60,169 nucleotides of DNA from Octopus bimaculoides (GCF_001194135.2 NC_068988.1:22373589-22433757); one strand, 5' to 3'; shown: positions 1 through 13,577, counted from the stretch's first letter. Notes: generated from the letters alone by a model not told the origin. Made by a program: numbers and translations.

Positions 1-1165
1 CTCCACCCCCCTCACCATCGTCATTATCATCATCGTCTTTTGGCAAGTTCCCATTCTTGCATTAAATATGATAACCGATAAATATCCTGGAAAACGTCTA
101 TAAAATATTGAAACTTAATAAGAAATGCAGCGTGCAAATTCTCTCACCTCGTTTATACATAAAAGTATATTATCTTTTTTATAACCTTACGTAAAGAAGA
201 ATTTTTGCTTACATAAACTATTTTTATTTTTTATTTTTCGCATGTTCTATGTCAGTCCTTATATGTAATCGATCAATATCTCTACCGTTGTACTAGTATA
301 AGTGAATGATGGATGGATTTCTGAAGTGTCCTAATATTTTAAAGTCGGCCGCTAGCTAGATGTATTTTCTTATACTTTTATACATTATTAAATAACATAC
401 TGGCTTTGCTACATCGGTTATTAGTCGACCATTGTAAATTTTTGCCATGCAAGTTACGTGAAGCTTTTAACGTGATTTTTGGTTTACGCTAAAGTTTCGT
501 AATCTCTCTGTATTTTCCTTTTCCAACAAATGGAGGTACGAAAATTATTGGAAAAAATATTTTCCTTAAGCGCCAATAACTCAGAACGCTAAATGCACTT
601 CTGTCTTGATGGGAATTTTCTAAAGCGCGTGCGTAGAGTCAGCATACTTTCAGGAATTTGCCTCTATCAATATATACGAAAACAGTACATTCTCGGGTTA
701 CGGTTGCTGATGCAATGTTCGCCTACTCCCGATGTATATCGAGATTTTAAAAAATAGCACGTTAATAAGAGTTATTATGTCTGGACAAATAGCGCAACAA
801 TGTTGCCTACCATGATGTATTTTCACTGTGTATGATACGCAAATGGATATGTAAGCGTGTGTGCAAAGGGATATGTGTGTGCATGTAATTATGTGTGTAG
901 ATATGTACGTATATGCACATATACATTTGTGTGAGTGTGTACACATATATATATATGTATGTGTGAATACAGTATATATATATATATATATATATACATA
1001 TATCACTAACTTCATCATATCTACATATCTATCTCTCTATGTGTGTATGCGCATTTGTATAAAGAAAGACTAAATTTGGTATATATAACCGTAGCATATA
1101 CATATATAGTTACACACATACTTACACGCAAACACACACACACACACATACACACAACTGTAGCC

Positions 1166-1320
1166 TAGCGGTCGTAAAAGGGGAGAGAAGAGATCGATAG
1201 AATAAATACAGTGTTTTTAAAAATGTAGCTTCTGTTGGTTGATTCGTTGGACTAAAATTATTGAAGGCGGTGCCTCAGCATAATTATAGCCAACAGACTG
1301 AAACGAGTAAAATATAAAAG
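1166..1320 (+). mobile_element. SINE family B, orphan degenerate 3' half
   Basis: agcggtcg..gatcgatagaataaatac..gaaggcggtgcctcagcat..gactgaaacgagtaaaa aligns by eye to the 3' half of the full copy at 44051-44469. It is preceded by (CA)n. Confidence 0.75.
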
Positions 1321-2280
1321 TTGAAGAAATAAATCAATATATATATATACATATATATGCATTAATACATACATGCATATATATATATATATATANNNNN
1401 NNNNNNNNNNNNNNNNNNNNNNNNNNNNNNNNNNNNNNNNNNNNNNNNNNNNNNNNNNNNNNNNNNNNNNNNNNNNNNNNNNNNNNNNNNNNNNNNNNNN
1501 NNNNNNNNNNNNNNNNNNNNNNNNNNNNNNNNNNNNNNNNNNNNNNNNNNNNNNNNNNNNNNNNNNNNNNNNNNNNNNNNNNNNNNNNNNNNNNNNNNNN
1601 NNNNNNNNNNNNNNNNNNNNNNNNNNNNNNNNNNNNNNNNNNNNNNNNNNNNNNNNNNNNNNNNNNNNNNNNNNNNNNNNNNNNNNNNNNNNNNNNNNNN
1701 NNNNNNNNNNNNNNNNNNNNNNNNNNNNNNNNNNNNNNNNNNNNNNNNNNNNNNNNNNNNNNNNNNNNNNNNNNNNNNNNNNNNNNNNNNNNNNNNNNNN
1801 NNNNNNNNNNNNNNNNNNNNNNNNNNNNNNNNNNNNNNNNNNNNNNNNNNNNNNNNNNNNNNNNNNNNNNNNNNNNNNNNNNNNNNNNNNNNNNNNNNNN
1901 NNNNNNNNNNNNNNNNNNNNNNNNNNNNNNNNNNNNNNNNNNNNNNNNNNNNNNNNNNNNNNNNNNNNNNNNNNNNNNNNNNNNNNNNNNNNNNNNNNNN
2001 NNNNNNNNNNNNNNNNNNNNNNNNNNNNNNNNNNNNNNNNNNNNNNNNNNNNNNNNNNNNNNNNNNNNNNNNNNNNNNNNNNNNNNNNNNNNNNNNNNNN
2101 NNNNNNNNNNNNNNNNNNNNNNNNNNNNNNNNNNNNNNNNNNNNNNNNNNNNNNNNNNNNNNNNNNNNNNNNNNNNNNNNNNNNNNNNNNNNNNNNNNNN
2201 NNNNNNNNNNNNNNNNNNTATATATATATCGATATGTATATGTATGTATGTAGGTGTATATATATATATGTACATATATG

Positions 2281-2363
2281 AAGTCGATCACGGCAGAATT
2301 TGAACTCAGTTTGCAAATTCTATGTATTTTGACCGGCGCACTAACGATTCTGCCACCTCGCCG
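2281..2363 (-). mobile_element. SINE family D, 5' fragment
   Basis: gtcgatcacggcagaatttgaactc..ctaacgattctgccacctcgccg matches the 5' ends of the copies at 7587-8033. The B-box-like gagttcaaa is on the minus strand. Confidence 0.7.
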
Positions 2364-2679
2364 ACTTACCATGATGCAATATTACAGTATACACACGTAC
2401 ATACATACATACGTACATACATACATACATACATACATACATACATACGTCCGTACGTAAATACATAAATACATAAATACATACATATACACACACATAC
2501 ACACACGCACATATGCTAACATGTCCTCCGTATCATTCAATAAGTAATACCTATGGCAAGACATTCATTGTCAGAGTAAAGTCCTCGTAATAATCACATC
2601 AATATAATCAAGTTTTCATACAATCCTGTCACCGCTTCAGAAACAAGCCATCCGTTCAACAAATTATTTACATTAACCG

Positions 2680-2689
2680 CAAGATGGCG
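2680..2689 (+). promoter_or_regulatory. YY1-type motif CAAGATGGCG overlapping a candidate start codon
   Basis: Exact CAAGATGGCG, the established YY1/Pho core, which is often found near transcription starts and often overlaps the ATG. Function here is inferred. Confidence 0.35.
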
Positions 2690-2704
2690 CTTCATCAAGA
2701 TATG
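2684..2704 (+). CDS. Candidate first coding exon (MALHQDM) of an unidentified gene
   Basis: aagATGGCG start context, followed by donor ATG|gtgaat in phase 0. No homology recognised. Confidence 0.3.
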
Positions 2705-2920
2705 GTGAATTCAATTTGCGTCTTAGGTCTATCCAGGTGTATAAGCGCAGTGAATATTCGTTCATAATCGAAATATTCCTATCTTATATAACCTCTCCTT
2801 ACTGTTCGATACTCGTATTTTTTTTGTTTTATTTATTGTTGTGTTAGACAATATGTTTCTGCATTTTGGTGGTTTCTTTTCTTTCTTTTTATTCTTCTTC
2901 CTCTTTTTTTTTCTGGTCAG

Positions 2921-2977
2921 ACATATCGACTCCGTGACCAAGTAGGAATTAGATTAGATACATTGGAAGTTGTTTAC
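2921..2977 (+). CDS. Candidate 57-nt exon 2 (TYRLRDQVGIRLDTLEVVY)
   Basis: Long polypyrimidine tract ending ttctggtcag| and donor tac|gtaaga. Only the phase-0 frame is open, which matches exon 1. Confidence 0.35.
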
Positions 2978-3117
2978 GTAAGATTTTTGTTAATAGTCTA
3001 GTTTAATGGTGTGATTGTCAATAAGACGCCAATTACTTTATTAAGTCAAAAGAAAGAAAAAGAAAAAAAAGGAAAAGGTATGATTACGAAGATTTTCGGG
3101 AATTAGTAGAATACAAT

Positions 3118-3935
<818 letters not shown>

Positions 3936-4103
3936 ATGTATTTTGGAGAGGAATGTCATGTCATATAAGAGGCAAGAGAAAGACATAAATAAATAAATAA
4001 AGAGAATGCTAACAATACGAAATACAATACAAAAATGTGGAAGAAAATTTAGAAAAGAAATATATATAAGATAGAAAAACGAAGTAAATAGTTGATATGT
4101 TGT

Positions 4104-4140
4104 AACGGAAATGTTTTACTGAGATTAGAACAAGATGGCG
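4104..4140 (+). promoter_or_regulatory. ETS-like CGGAAAT plus YY1-type CAAGATGGCG, promoter-like pair
   Basis: aacggaaatg at 4104-4113 and caagatggcg at 4131-4140. Possible donor aag|gtaatc after 4271. Confidence 0.3.
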
Positions 4141-4414
4141 TCGACATCTGTCAATTTGTGGGTTTATTCAGTGCAGATTTTCTATTTAGTGAACCAAACT
4201 GAATCCGCACCCCGTCTTTTTCTTTCTTTTTTGCCTGTTATGTATTATATTGTTTATTGTGTGGTTGTAAGGTAATCGTCTTGTTTTAATATTTATTTTT
4301 CTGTCTTAGAGCAATTAAAATAGAACTCGTATATCAATTGTGATAATTATTATATACACATATGTATCTTACTTCCTACTCTGCGAGACAAATGAGAAAG
4401 CTTCTGCATACTTG

Positions 4415-4470
4415 GACGATCTGCTGAAAACCGCAACAATCTTTCTCTCAAATCACACCCTACCCTCTAT
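4415..4470 (+). repeat. Interspersed repeat fragment (family E), with an inverted partner at 5069-5122
   Basis: gatctgctgaaaa..ctctcaaatcacaccctacc resembles the reverse complement of ttaaggcggtagtgtatgatttggaggga..tatagcaaatc at 5069-5122. Confidence 0.4.
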
Positions 4471-7359
4471 AAAATATACAAGATAAATTTGATGAAGTAA
4501 ACTCGCTGAAAACTAAGCCCCAGCTATTCTTTTTTAGTAAACATCGTATTTCGCTTATCTTCCATCGGAATATTCAACTTACTTGTCAGGAGTTAGGACA
4601 TCCATGAGACCCAGGCATTCCATGGGGATATACGCCATATTTTATATTCCTATTCTACTGGGATCGACCAAGGTTACATAACAACACCAACAATAAGAAC
4701 AACATCAACAACTAAAATAGTACCGCATTGATTTACCAGCTAATAAACGAGCCTCTGTAGCCTACCTTACATAAAACGTTTTAAAACAAATTCTGTGATG
4801 TTTAAACAAAGGCTATATTAAATAATAAAGACGTACACATGCAACAACATAATAGATTCATGGCTGAAACGTTCTTCATTGTACAGTTGCTCGACCAGAG
4901 CTCAGCTCGAAATCTACAACGAAAAACGACAACTATTATCATTTGTTGTAGTTCTTTATTCCAAGCATGGTCAAGCATGGTCCAGCAAACCTATGAATTA
5001 AAGTATATCAGCTATAACCAAACCGTCGGAATTTATCTGGTGCTATACAATAATGTATTGTTCTCTTCTTAAGGCGGTAGTGTATGATTTGGAGGGAAGC
5101 TTGACTGTTATTTATAGCAAATCAAATTATCAGTCATAGGCTCCTATATTTCATTGAGATTACGTATGTTTATTTGAACGGCATTAATTGTGATTTATTT
5201 AATTGCACCGATTACTTGCATAATGATTGTTGCTTTTTTTTTTACTGCTCCTGTGGCAAACAAAAGCAACTTTTATACATATCTTATGAAACGATTGGCC
5301 ATTGGAGCTATGTCTGTATTTGTCAAACAAATGTACTTATACTAATAGTCGGTGTTGTAGCGAAAGAAATTTCTGAGATTTTGTTTTTTTATGTTTCAAA
5401 AATACACTTCTTTCTCATATATTACGTAGAAGCCTCTATATATATATATGAATATCAGTGTATGCATGGTGGTACACGCATGTAGTTTTTCTGGTATCTG
5501 CTTCTCTGTATGTGAGACGTCTTTGTCAATTACTAGCTTAAAAGCCGCTCTTCGTGCGCACTTTTAAGCTACATCTCGTGGAAGCCCAAAACTAAAGGGA
5601 GCTAAAGAGCATGACTATAATTCGTCTATAACGACTATATTCCCCGCTGGTGTTTGATCAGAGGTTAAGGACGGATCAGAATTAATTCTGTAATGCAATC
5701 ATTCTGTTGTTCCAGTCCGAAGTTGAATTCCAGCTGTTAGCAAATTTGTCTCAAAATTGTTATCTCGATGTAAAATTGCTGAAGCCAATGTCATTTATCT
5801 ACCCCTTGATCTCTGGCGTCATCTGATAAACGCCAACAAAATAGCAACTCAAATGCTTTTTAAATCAGATCCCAATGCTGAATGTTCAAGAACCAAATGA
5901 ATGGCAGGTTCTGAATCCCGGGATCATTCTGATTCCAAAATGATATAATATGTCTATGTGGAGGAAATGTAGACGGAGATACAGGGTTTCCGGACGGACA
6001 GGATTTAACTGTTATTATTATAGATGAACTGATTTTGTGATAGATTTAATGGCGTTTATTTGGCCTTTGTCTCATTGGTTTTCTTTTTTACCTACAAAAT
6101 AGTTTCGTTGATCATGATATTGGTTCCTCCTTAACATTTGTTTGGATGTTTCCAGCATTTTATTATAGAATGGTATGTTCTGCAGGTGCTGAATAACCGT
6201 TTCAGTTTCGATCCTTTCTTCACTTCTGCTGACACTGTTACATGGGTAAAAATTAGCAGCAATATATCCCAAAAAATACACGTTGCCATCTGGCAGAGGC
6301 TACAATATAAACAAAGGAAAGCATTGTGGCTTTTAGTCAGTCAACAGATTTAACAGAACTGGAGTTTTCGAAATAAGATAGCACGTTGCTGTTAGTTTGG
6401 AATGTGAAGTATTGTCAGGTACTGAAAACGCTCTATATGAACAACGAATTCAATTGTAAAATGGCCCACGCATCATGTCAAGGAAGGACATAATTCATCG
6501 ATGACTTGGGATTCACTTTTCAGATCAGTGAAAACTCATTATGCAGCATCCTCGAGGGTTTATTAGCATTACAGCGTTCCTAGGGTGTCCTAGCTGCTCG
6601 GAATCATATGTACAAAGACTGCAGTTTCATTATCCAGACATAACTGAAATGAATCTGGGGCATACAAAAGTACACCGCCCAATTCTTTTCCACTGCTTGT
6701 ATCGTATCAGATCATGGACTAATGTAGAGTTGTTGCTGTGTTATAAAGAACTAACACAACCACCAGCCGTTGAACAGTGAAGAAATCTCATGATTTTAGT
6801 TCTTGGGGATTCAACATTTTATCCACCAAAATATTCTGCCTCCTTAGGCAATGAAATGAAGTGGTTCTATCTACTAGAAATAGATGTCAGACCTATTTTC
6901 AAAGGCATTTCACTTGTAATATTTTGCCTGTTTCCTAAACATAGTACCTAGCATTGTAGCCTGACCTACCAACGGAAGTGATGCACACTGGCCTGAAACC
7001 TCAATCACGCCTATCCGATATGTTCTTGCAACATAAACACCAGAGAGATGAAGATTACTCTCTCGTTTATTCCTATCATTATGGATAGGCTCAGTTGTCA
7101 GTCAGGCCGACCCTTTAGTATAAACAGATGTTTTACATAAACTCAAGTCAATAATTGTAATATACATTTTTTTCTGCATTTCTTTGGACATTATATTATT
7201 GTACAGGATAAATAATGAAATAAAAGTATTTCTCTGATATGCTGTTATCGTATGAAATACAAACACAGGATGTTATGTAGATAAAAAAGAAAACAACTAA
7301 CTAATAACTGAATTGGTGGAAGAAAAAAATAGAGAAATGCATTTGTTTTCTCATTTCAG

Positions 7360-7393
7360 ATAGTTAACTGCTTTGCCAGAAATAGCTGGTCTG
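7360..7393 (+). CDS. Candidate 34-nt exon 3 (IVNCFARNSWS plus 1 nt)
   Basis: Strong acceptor tttgttttctcatttcag| and moderate donor ctg|gtaaaa. Only the phase-0 frame is open, which matches exon 2. Confidence 0.3.
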
Positions 7394-7586
7394 GTAAAAT
7401 ATACTTCAGACTACAACATACTATATTTACGAAAGAATGGATACATTACATGTGTAATTCTAGATACACTATGCTGAAATAAAGGGAGAAACGATTGGGG
7501 TTGGAATGCCATTGTTTACAGGACTCCTCGCTCGAGACTGACCTAAGGCTAGACAAAAATAAAGATAAATCTTCTCCAAATATTGG

Positions 7587-7800
7587 ATTCAAACTTTGGA
7601 ACAAGGACCACCGCAATTTCAGGGTGATAGTTATGTCTATTGTGTCTACCTCAGTGCTCAACTGGTACTTATTTCATCGACCCCCACCCGGAGGTATTAA
7701 AGGCAAGGTCGAACTGTACAATGTGAACTAAAAACGTAAAACCGGACGAAATACGGCTATGCCTTTTGCCCAGCGTACTAACGATTCTTTCAGCTCGCCG
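7587..7800 (-). mobile_element. SINE family D, copy 1 of a tandem pair
   Basis: The minus strand reads tRNA-like head (ggcgagctg..aatcgttagt) followed by the central domain ..gaccttgcctttaat..gtcgatgaaataagtaccagttgagcactg. Confidence 0.8.
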
Positions 7801-7824
7801 AGTTAAATCTTCCCCAAATATTGG

Positions 7825-8033
7825 TTATAAATTTTGGGACAAGGCCAGGAATTTCGTGGGGTAGGGTGCGGGTAAGTAGAAAATGTCGTTTCCAGTGCTC
7901 AACTGGTACTTATTTTATTGACTCTGAAGAATAAAAGCAAAGTCGACCGCAGCGGAATTTGAACCAAGAACGTAAAACCGGACGAAATACGGCTATGTAT
8001 TTTGCCTAGTGTGCTAATGATTCTTTCTGCTCT
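7825..8033 (-). mobile_element. SINE family D, copy 2 of a tandem pair
   Basis: Shares aacgtaaaaccggacgaaatacggctatg and cagtgctcaactggtacttattt exactly with copy 1. Confidence 0.8.
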
Positions 8034-9278
8034 GTGATTTAAATCTTCCACACATTTTGTAGTTAATTTACTCATTTACATCTGTAAGAGACGGGGTTAT
8101 GTTTGTTGGTGTTGAGACAACATTATTATGCCTCAATGAATGCAAGAATGTTTTTAGCTCAACTAATTTTCCTGGAATAATGCATAAAGAAAAAATCACG
8201 TATGCTATGTTTTCCTGGAAAAAGAGGCGGATTGTATCAAAATGATAGTGAAGCACTATTAATTATAATGACTATCAAGCTTTCTGCTTCTCTCTCTCTC
8301 TCTCACTTGCTCTCCCATTCTCTCTTATGATGGCAGCTTATGAAACATGCAAATTGTCTGATCCACAAATGCGTTGAACACTTTTTGTACATATCTACAT
8401 CCTGTTGCTGTTAGAAATAAATTAGAACAATGTCGTGCTGATGACACCTCTAAAGGTAGAAATACATGTTCGCTACTGACAATAAACTAGTAGTTTTCTT
8501 TAATGACACGTGAGTTTTCATTAAATTTTACTTCTCGTGATGGTCACTCCATCTCATATGGACTATCCTTAAATTACCATTTGTTAATTATATCATCTTT
8601 TAGATTTCAGTACTAAATCCAATGGTAGAATTGCAAAATAGACGCTCGCTACGTCACATTATGAGATTACGTAACCTGGTGTGGAAAATACGCAACGAAG
8701 TATAGTTTCCTGTGACGTGTGGGTCAGCATTGCCACTGTAATTCACTCTAATTCACATGAAATAAATATACGACTTAAATCATGTAAGACTTTGTCAGCG
8801 TTACATGAAACTTTCCCACATAGATTAATACTTGGATAAACTGAAACTTTATAGTTCGAGCGATATCAAATTGCCTTCTTAAATAATTCGTTGTTGCTTA
8901 GAAATCTACAGACATATGTATTCCGATACTGTACCACATAACGAATTATACGTGTCTTTAATTAGTACTTGTAATGTCTTATATGATATGTATTAAAATC
9001 TTCGCTGTTAATTAGTAATTATTCATATTCTTGGAATTAAAACTCATCATAAACTTGGAATGCAAGCGTGATGTTTCAATAAGACAGGCAATAGCAGAAT
9101 GACTATTAACCGGGTGCTGCGTGGATACAAATTATTTGAGAAACAACAAAATTTGTGGCAAAAGAAATGTTAAATCAAACCAGTAGAATATTAATAGCCG
9201 ATTTTGTCAGTACCTAATTAGCAGCTTCAGCACATTAATACTTAGAACATTTGTGCGCATGCGCCTATGTAAATATAA

Positions 9279-9360
9279 GTTAGAGCTACAAAGGTATCTG
9301 TCCCACAGTACGGTTTTGAGTTCAGCCCCAATGCGAGGCATCTTGGCATCTTGGCATCTT
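9279..9360 (+). mobile_element. Highly decayed SINE family B head
   Basis: ggttttgagttcagccccaatgcgaggcatcttggca compares with ggttctgggttcagtcccactgcgtg..cttgggca in the other copies. Confidence 0.4.
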
Positions 9361-9770
9361 GCTTTCATTATCCGCTTCAAGAGTACTGTATGAACGTAAC
9401 TGGATCGCTGGAAACTGTACAGAAGACTGATGTAAGTATGCATGTCATGTGTGTATTTGTGTGTGTGTGTGTGTGTATGTGTGTGTGTGCGTATGTGTGT
9501 GTGTATTTATGCCCGTCCAGGGTCAATTTCTTGCATTCAGTTTACGCGATTTAAGACAGCCTTCCGAGCATGCATGAGACTGATCGGCCACAGCCGGACG
9601 CACCGTGACTCATCTTATTTTTTTCTCCATGTGATGTTCTTGGTCATCGTCAACGATGCCGGATGAACATTATTATAATGTATGTGTGGTCTTCGTATGT
9701 TTGTCTGTGTTCATGCTTCTGTCTATAGAGACACATCTTGAAAGACATCCTGTAACTCAGTGGTTCCACC

Positions 9771-10145
9771 TTATTACCTCCACCTTCGCTAAGGTGGAAG
9801 TATCGTTTTCAGTCGTGTTTGTTTGTTTGTTAGTCCGTGAACAAAATATCTCAAGAACCGCTGGGTGGATTCGGATGAAACTCTCAGGGTTGTTTGGCCT
9901 CATTACTGGCACGAACTGATTAGATTTTGGGATCGATCTGGTACCGAACAAGGATTCTGGATAAATATTCCTGTTCTTTTTTACTTAATTCTTGAGAGCG
10001 GTCCGGTTCATTATTAGTATTCTCGTTTGTGAGAGCAGTCAAGTTTATTTCAGACATTCACATTTTAAAAATCATGGCCGGCTAATCGATGAGAAGACGT
10101 TAGTGTTGCCTTGGCGGAGGTTTGCGCTCTCTGAGTGCCCTTGTT
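9771..10145 (+). mobile_element. Helentron-type non-autonomous element (HINE/DINE-1-like)
   Basis: 5' end ttattacctccacc.. with hairpin ccaccttcgctaaggtgg, an internal (GTTT)n tract and the motif aaaatatctcaagaaccgctgg..gatgaaact. The 3' sub-terminal inverted repeat ccttggcggaggt is followed by hairpin gcgctctctgagtgc. This is the established HINE architecture. Confidence 0.8.
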
Positions 10146-10775
10146 ACTGGCATTGTTTTGACGAATATCAGATTTAAATTAAGAATGAGCTCACTTTCTG
10201 CCCTTAGCTTGTAGAACAGCAAAAAAGATGTACGATAAACATCAAAGAATTTTTGATAAGCTGCTCATCCTTCAACTAGATTGCTTATGATGGACTATAA
10301 CATAGCAGAGAGTGTCCTGCATCACCCCAATTCAGTAACTCTCCTTCCAATACCAACACGCTTTACGCACTAAACATCTTTTGTGATAAGAACGTTCGCT
10401 ATTACGATATTACAGTTCTTATTTATTCCCTAATGTATTCCTTCTCAAATGATTTTTATGCTTACATATTGCATTGCGTATGTTTAGAAATTGTTATCTT
10501 CATGCATATAAATAGTGTCGTATTGCTTGTTTTCGTTTTGCTGCTCTTTCGAAAAACCTATCAGGGTATTAATTTATAACATGAAAATCATTGCGAAAGT
10601 ATATTTCCCGTTGCAATGTATCGCTTACGTTAAAGTTTTCAGGAGTTTATTTTCGTAATGCGAGGAGTCCCTTTATGTAAATAAAAAAAATTTTAAAAAT
10701 GGAAAGTTACATTGGTTAACGTAACTAGACTAAAATTGTCTGAAATATATCTATTTCTACATACACACATAAATA

Positions 10776-10789
10776 TGTTGTTGTTGTTC

Positions 10790-10865
<76 letters not shown>

Positions 10866-10902
10866 CACTACTACTGTTATTATTATTATTATTATAATTA
10901 TA

Positions 10903-10990
<88 letters not shown>
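10776..10990. repeat. (CTA)n/(TTA)n microsatellite
   Basis: Directly visible. Confidence 0.97.
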
Positions 10991-10991
<1 letters not shown>

Positions 10992-11506
10992 CGAGTACCA
11001 ACTTTGATAGATTCCTGGTAGGGCGGTTTGATCAGGCATGACATAGAAGGAAACAAATGCAATTATTAACAACGTCCAGAGGTTCAATAACTCTGTTGAC
11101 AGAGAGGTCAAATACGGCATCTAACACCAGCAAAGCGAACTTCTTTGACGCACAGTTAAGTTTTGAGTGTTATTTCTAACACGTCGATCCACTTTGTAGA
11201 TGCCTGTTGGTTTCGTTTTTCATAGGTTAAGTGAAGATTTCAATCTGTAATGTCATTTAAATTGTCTCCATTCCGTTTGCTTTCACGTTTAAAGTGTGTT
11301 ATATAGCTGTAGCTTGTATATTTATTACATCAACATTACTATCAACATTGTTATTGCTTGTAGGCAGTTCGAGCGTAGTTTTGCCGTTCAGTGAGCTGCA
11401 GAAATGATTGTTGTTAATTTTCCCTAATAGGAAATTGTTGAATAACATTTCCGTTGTACAAATGATGGTCCCATAAGGCGCCGAGAGGAGTTTAAATTGT
11501 ATTCAC

Positions 11507-11548
<42 letters not shown>

Positions 11549-12261
11549 ATTGTCACCAAGCAGGGTTGATAGGGAGAGAGAATGCAAGAAAATGAAAGAA
11601 ACATTGAAAAAAGAACACACAATGACGAAGCCTGGGATGGGGGAAATGTTATTATTACAAGTTGAACATTTCCTCACCTGGCTCGATGTCTGGAAAAAGT
11701 ATTAACGGCAAACACATACCACCACCATCGTTACTCTAATTGTAGCTACAGAAGAAATGAATACAACAACGATGAAGATACCAACAACAATAGTATCATG
11801 CTAACAACAACCACAACAACAACATTATATGTACGGCTGCTGCTTTTGCCACCAGCAGAGTTAAATGCAAACAAATGAGACAGAGATGACGACCAGAACA
11901 GCTACCAGGGACAGCATCCGCTCCACCAATTACACTTCTGCCAACAAAAGCAGAGCATGAGACATCGCCATCGTCACCCACATAAACAATGTCGTTCGCA
12001 AATTCACGCAGCAAATGTTTGGAGCATTCTTTTGTAGACAAAACGCAATTGAAACAGAAGGACAAGAAAACCATTTATCGTGACCTAACATAACCGCCAG
12101 ATACAATTTCTATTAAGCCTATGTGCGTGCTCGAAAAAGTTAGGAGGGTTGAAAATCCTATGCCAGCTTCGACCAAATATTATACGAAGGACTACTACAT
12201 ATGTATGAAAATGTAGGCAATTTGTATTAGTACTGTATTTGTTACATTAAAGAAGAGAAGT

Positions 12262-12627
12262 GGGGGTGCAATGGTCCGGTGGTTAAGGCAACGGACTTGC
12301 GGTCGTAGGATCACGGTTTCGATTTCAAGACCGGGCGTTCTGAATGTTTATTGAACCGAAACACCTAAAACTCGACGAGGCTACGGTAGGGGGTGGGGTG
12401 GTGAACCCTGCTGTACTCTTTCACCACAAATTTCCCTCATTCTTTCTTCCTGCTTCTGTTGTACTTGTATTTCAAAGGGCCAGCCTTCTCACATTCTTTG
12501 TCACGCTGAATCTTCCCGAGAACTACGTTAAGGGTACACGTGTCTGTGGAGTGCTCAGCCACTTGCACGTTAATTTCACGCGCAGGCTGTTCCGTTGATC
12601 GGATCAACTGGAACCCTCGTCGTCGTA
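12262..12627 (+). mobile_element. SINE family A (tRNA-headed), nearly full length
   Basis: A-box-like tggtccggtggttaagg and B-box-like ggtttcgatttc. Homologous along its length to 33654-34003 and 41946-42350. Confidence 0.9.
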
Positions 12628-13534
12628 GCAGGAATTTGACTCAGTTTGGAGGACATCCCGAACATTATATTAAGGCAAACAAGAAAGAAGTATCTGTAAA
12701 CAGAACGACCTTTTCTTCAGCACAAATCAATGTCCATTTAGGTAGGAAGGCAATGATGGTGAGATAGCTACTGTTGCCCATTGAAGTCGCTGAAAGTTAA
12801 AGGCTGGATGCGAGAATGGAACTTACTTTCAGTTTGCTACTGAACATAAATTTCGGTGAATATATTTTATAAGATCTAGGGAGAAATAGGAATTTACGAG
12901 GTTCTTCGATTAGCTACAAGTGGACGTCTTGAAAACAAAAAAAATGAGGCTTTTCACTGTTATGACACCTGATTTCCATACGCCGCCCAACACTAATTAG
13001 AACTTATTCTTATAATATCTTCTAATTCATTGAACTTGCCAAAATAATAAATAAAAGTGATTATTTATATTATTGCTGGAATTTTTTCATAGATGACTCT
13101 ATTCTTTGCGATTTTCATTATTTTATCTTTGATTTATTTTTTTACACTCCATTCATTATTTAAATCAATATTAATCAGTTGAAATAAACATACACGAAAA
13201 AAAAAAAACGAAAGGAAAAAAGGGGGGGGGGAATCTATCTGAGACACTTCAAAAAGTATTTTCTACTCTTGGTTGTTTCTTTTCTGTTATTTCTTTCTCT
13301 TGTCTTTGTATATGTCTTTCATTGTTTGTTTGTGTGTCTGTACGTATAAGTGTGTGCGTGTGTGAGTGAGTGTACGTTAATGTGTGTTTGAATTTCTGTC
13401 TTCTTGTCTCAGGCATCGTGTCATCTAATATCACAGTTTTTGTCATATTCTCTGCATAAACATACTTTCTTTCAACGCCTGGAATAAAACTCTCTCCTAT
13501 TATATCTCACGCACGCTCTGTCTCTCACCTCTCC

Positions 13535-13577
<43 letters not shown>

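Noticed and set aside
11796-12074. Moderately GC-rich segment with a 92-aa minus-strand ORF
   Set aside because: It looks like decayed CAN/ACN-rich low-complexity sequence, with no recognisable motif or convincing splice context.
12262-12335. tRNA-like sequences at the SINE heads (also 33654, 41946, 44051 and 48671)
   Set aside because: They have A/B-box similarity but no complete cloverleaf, and each continues into a SINE body, so they are not tRNA genes.
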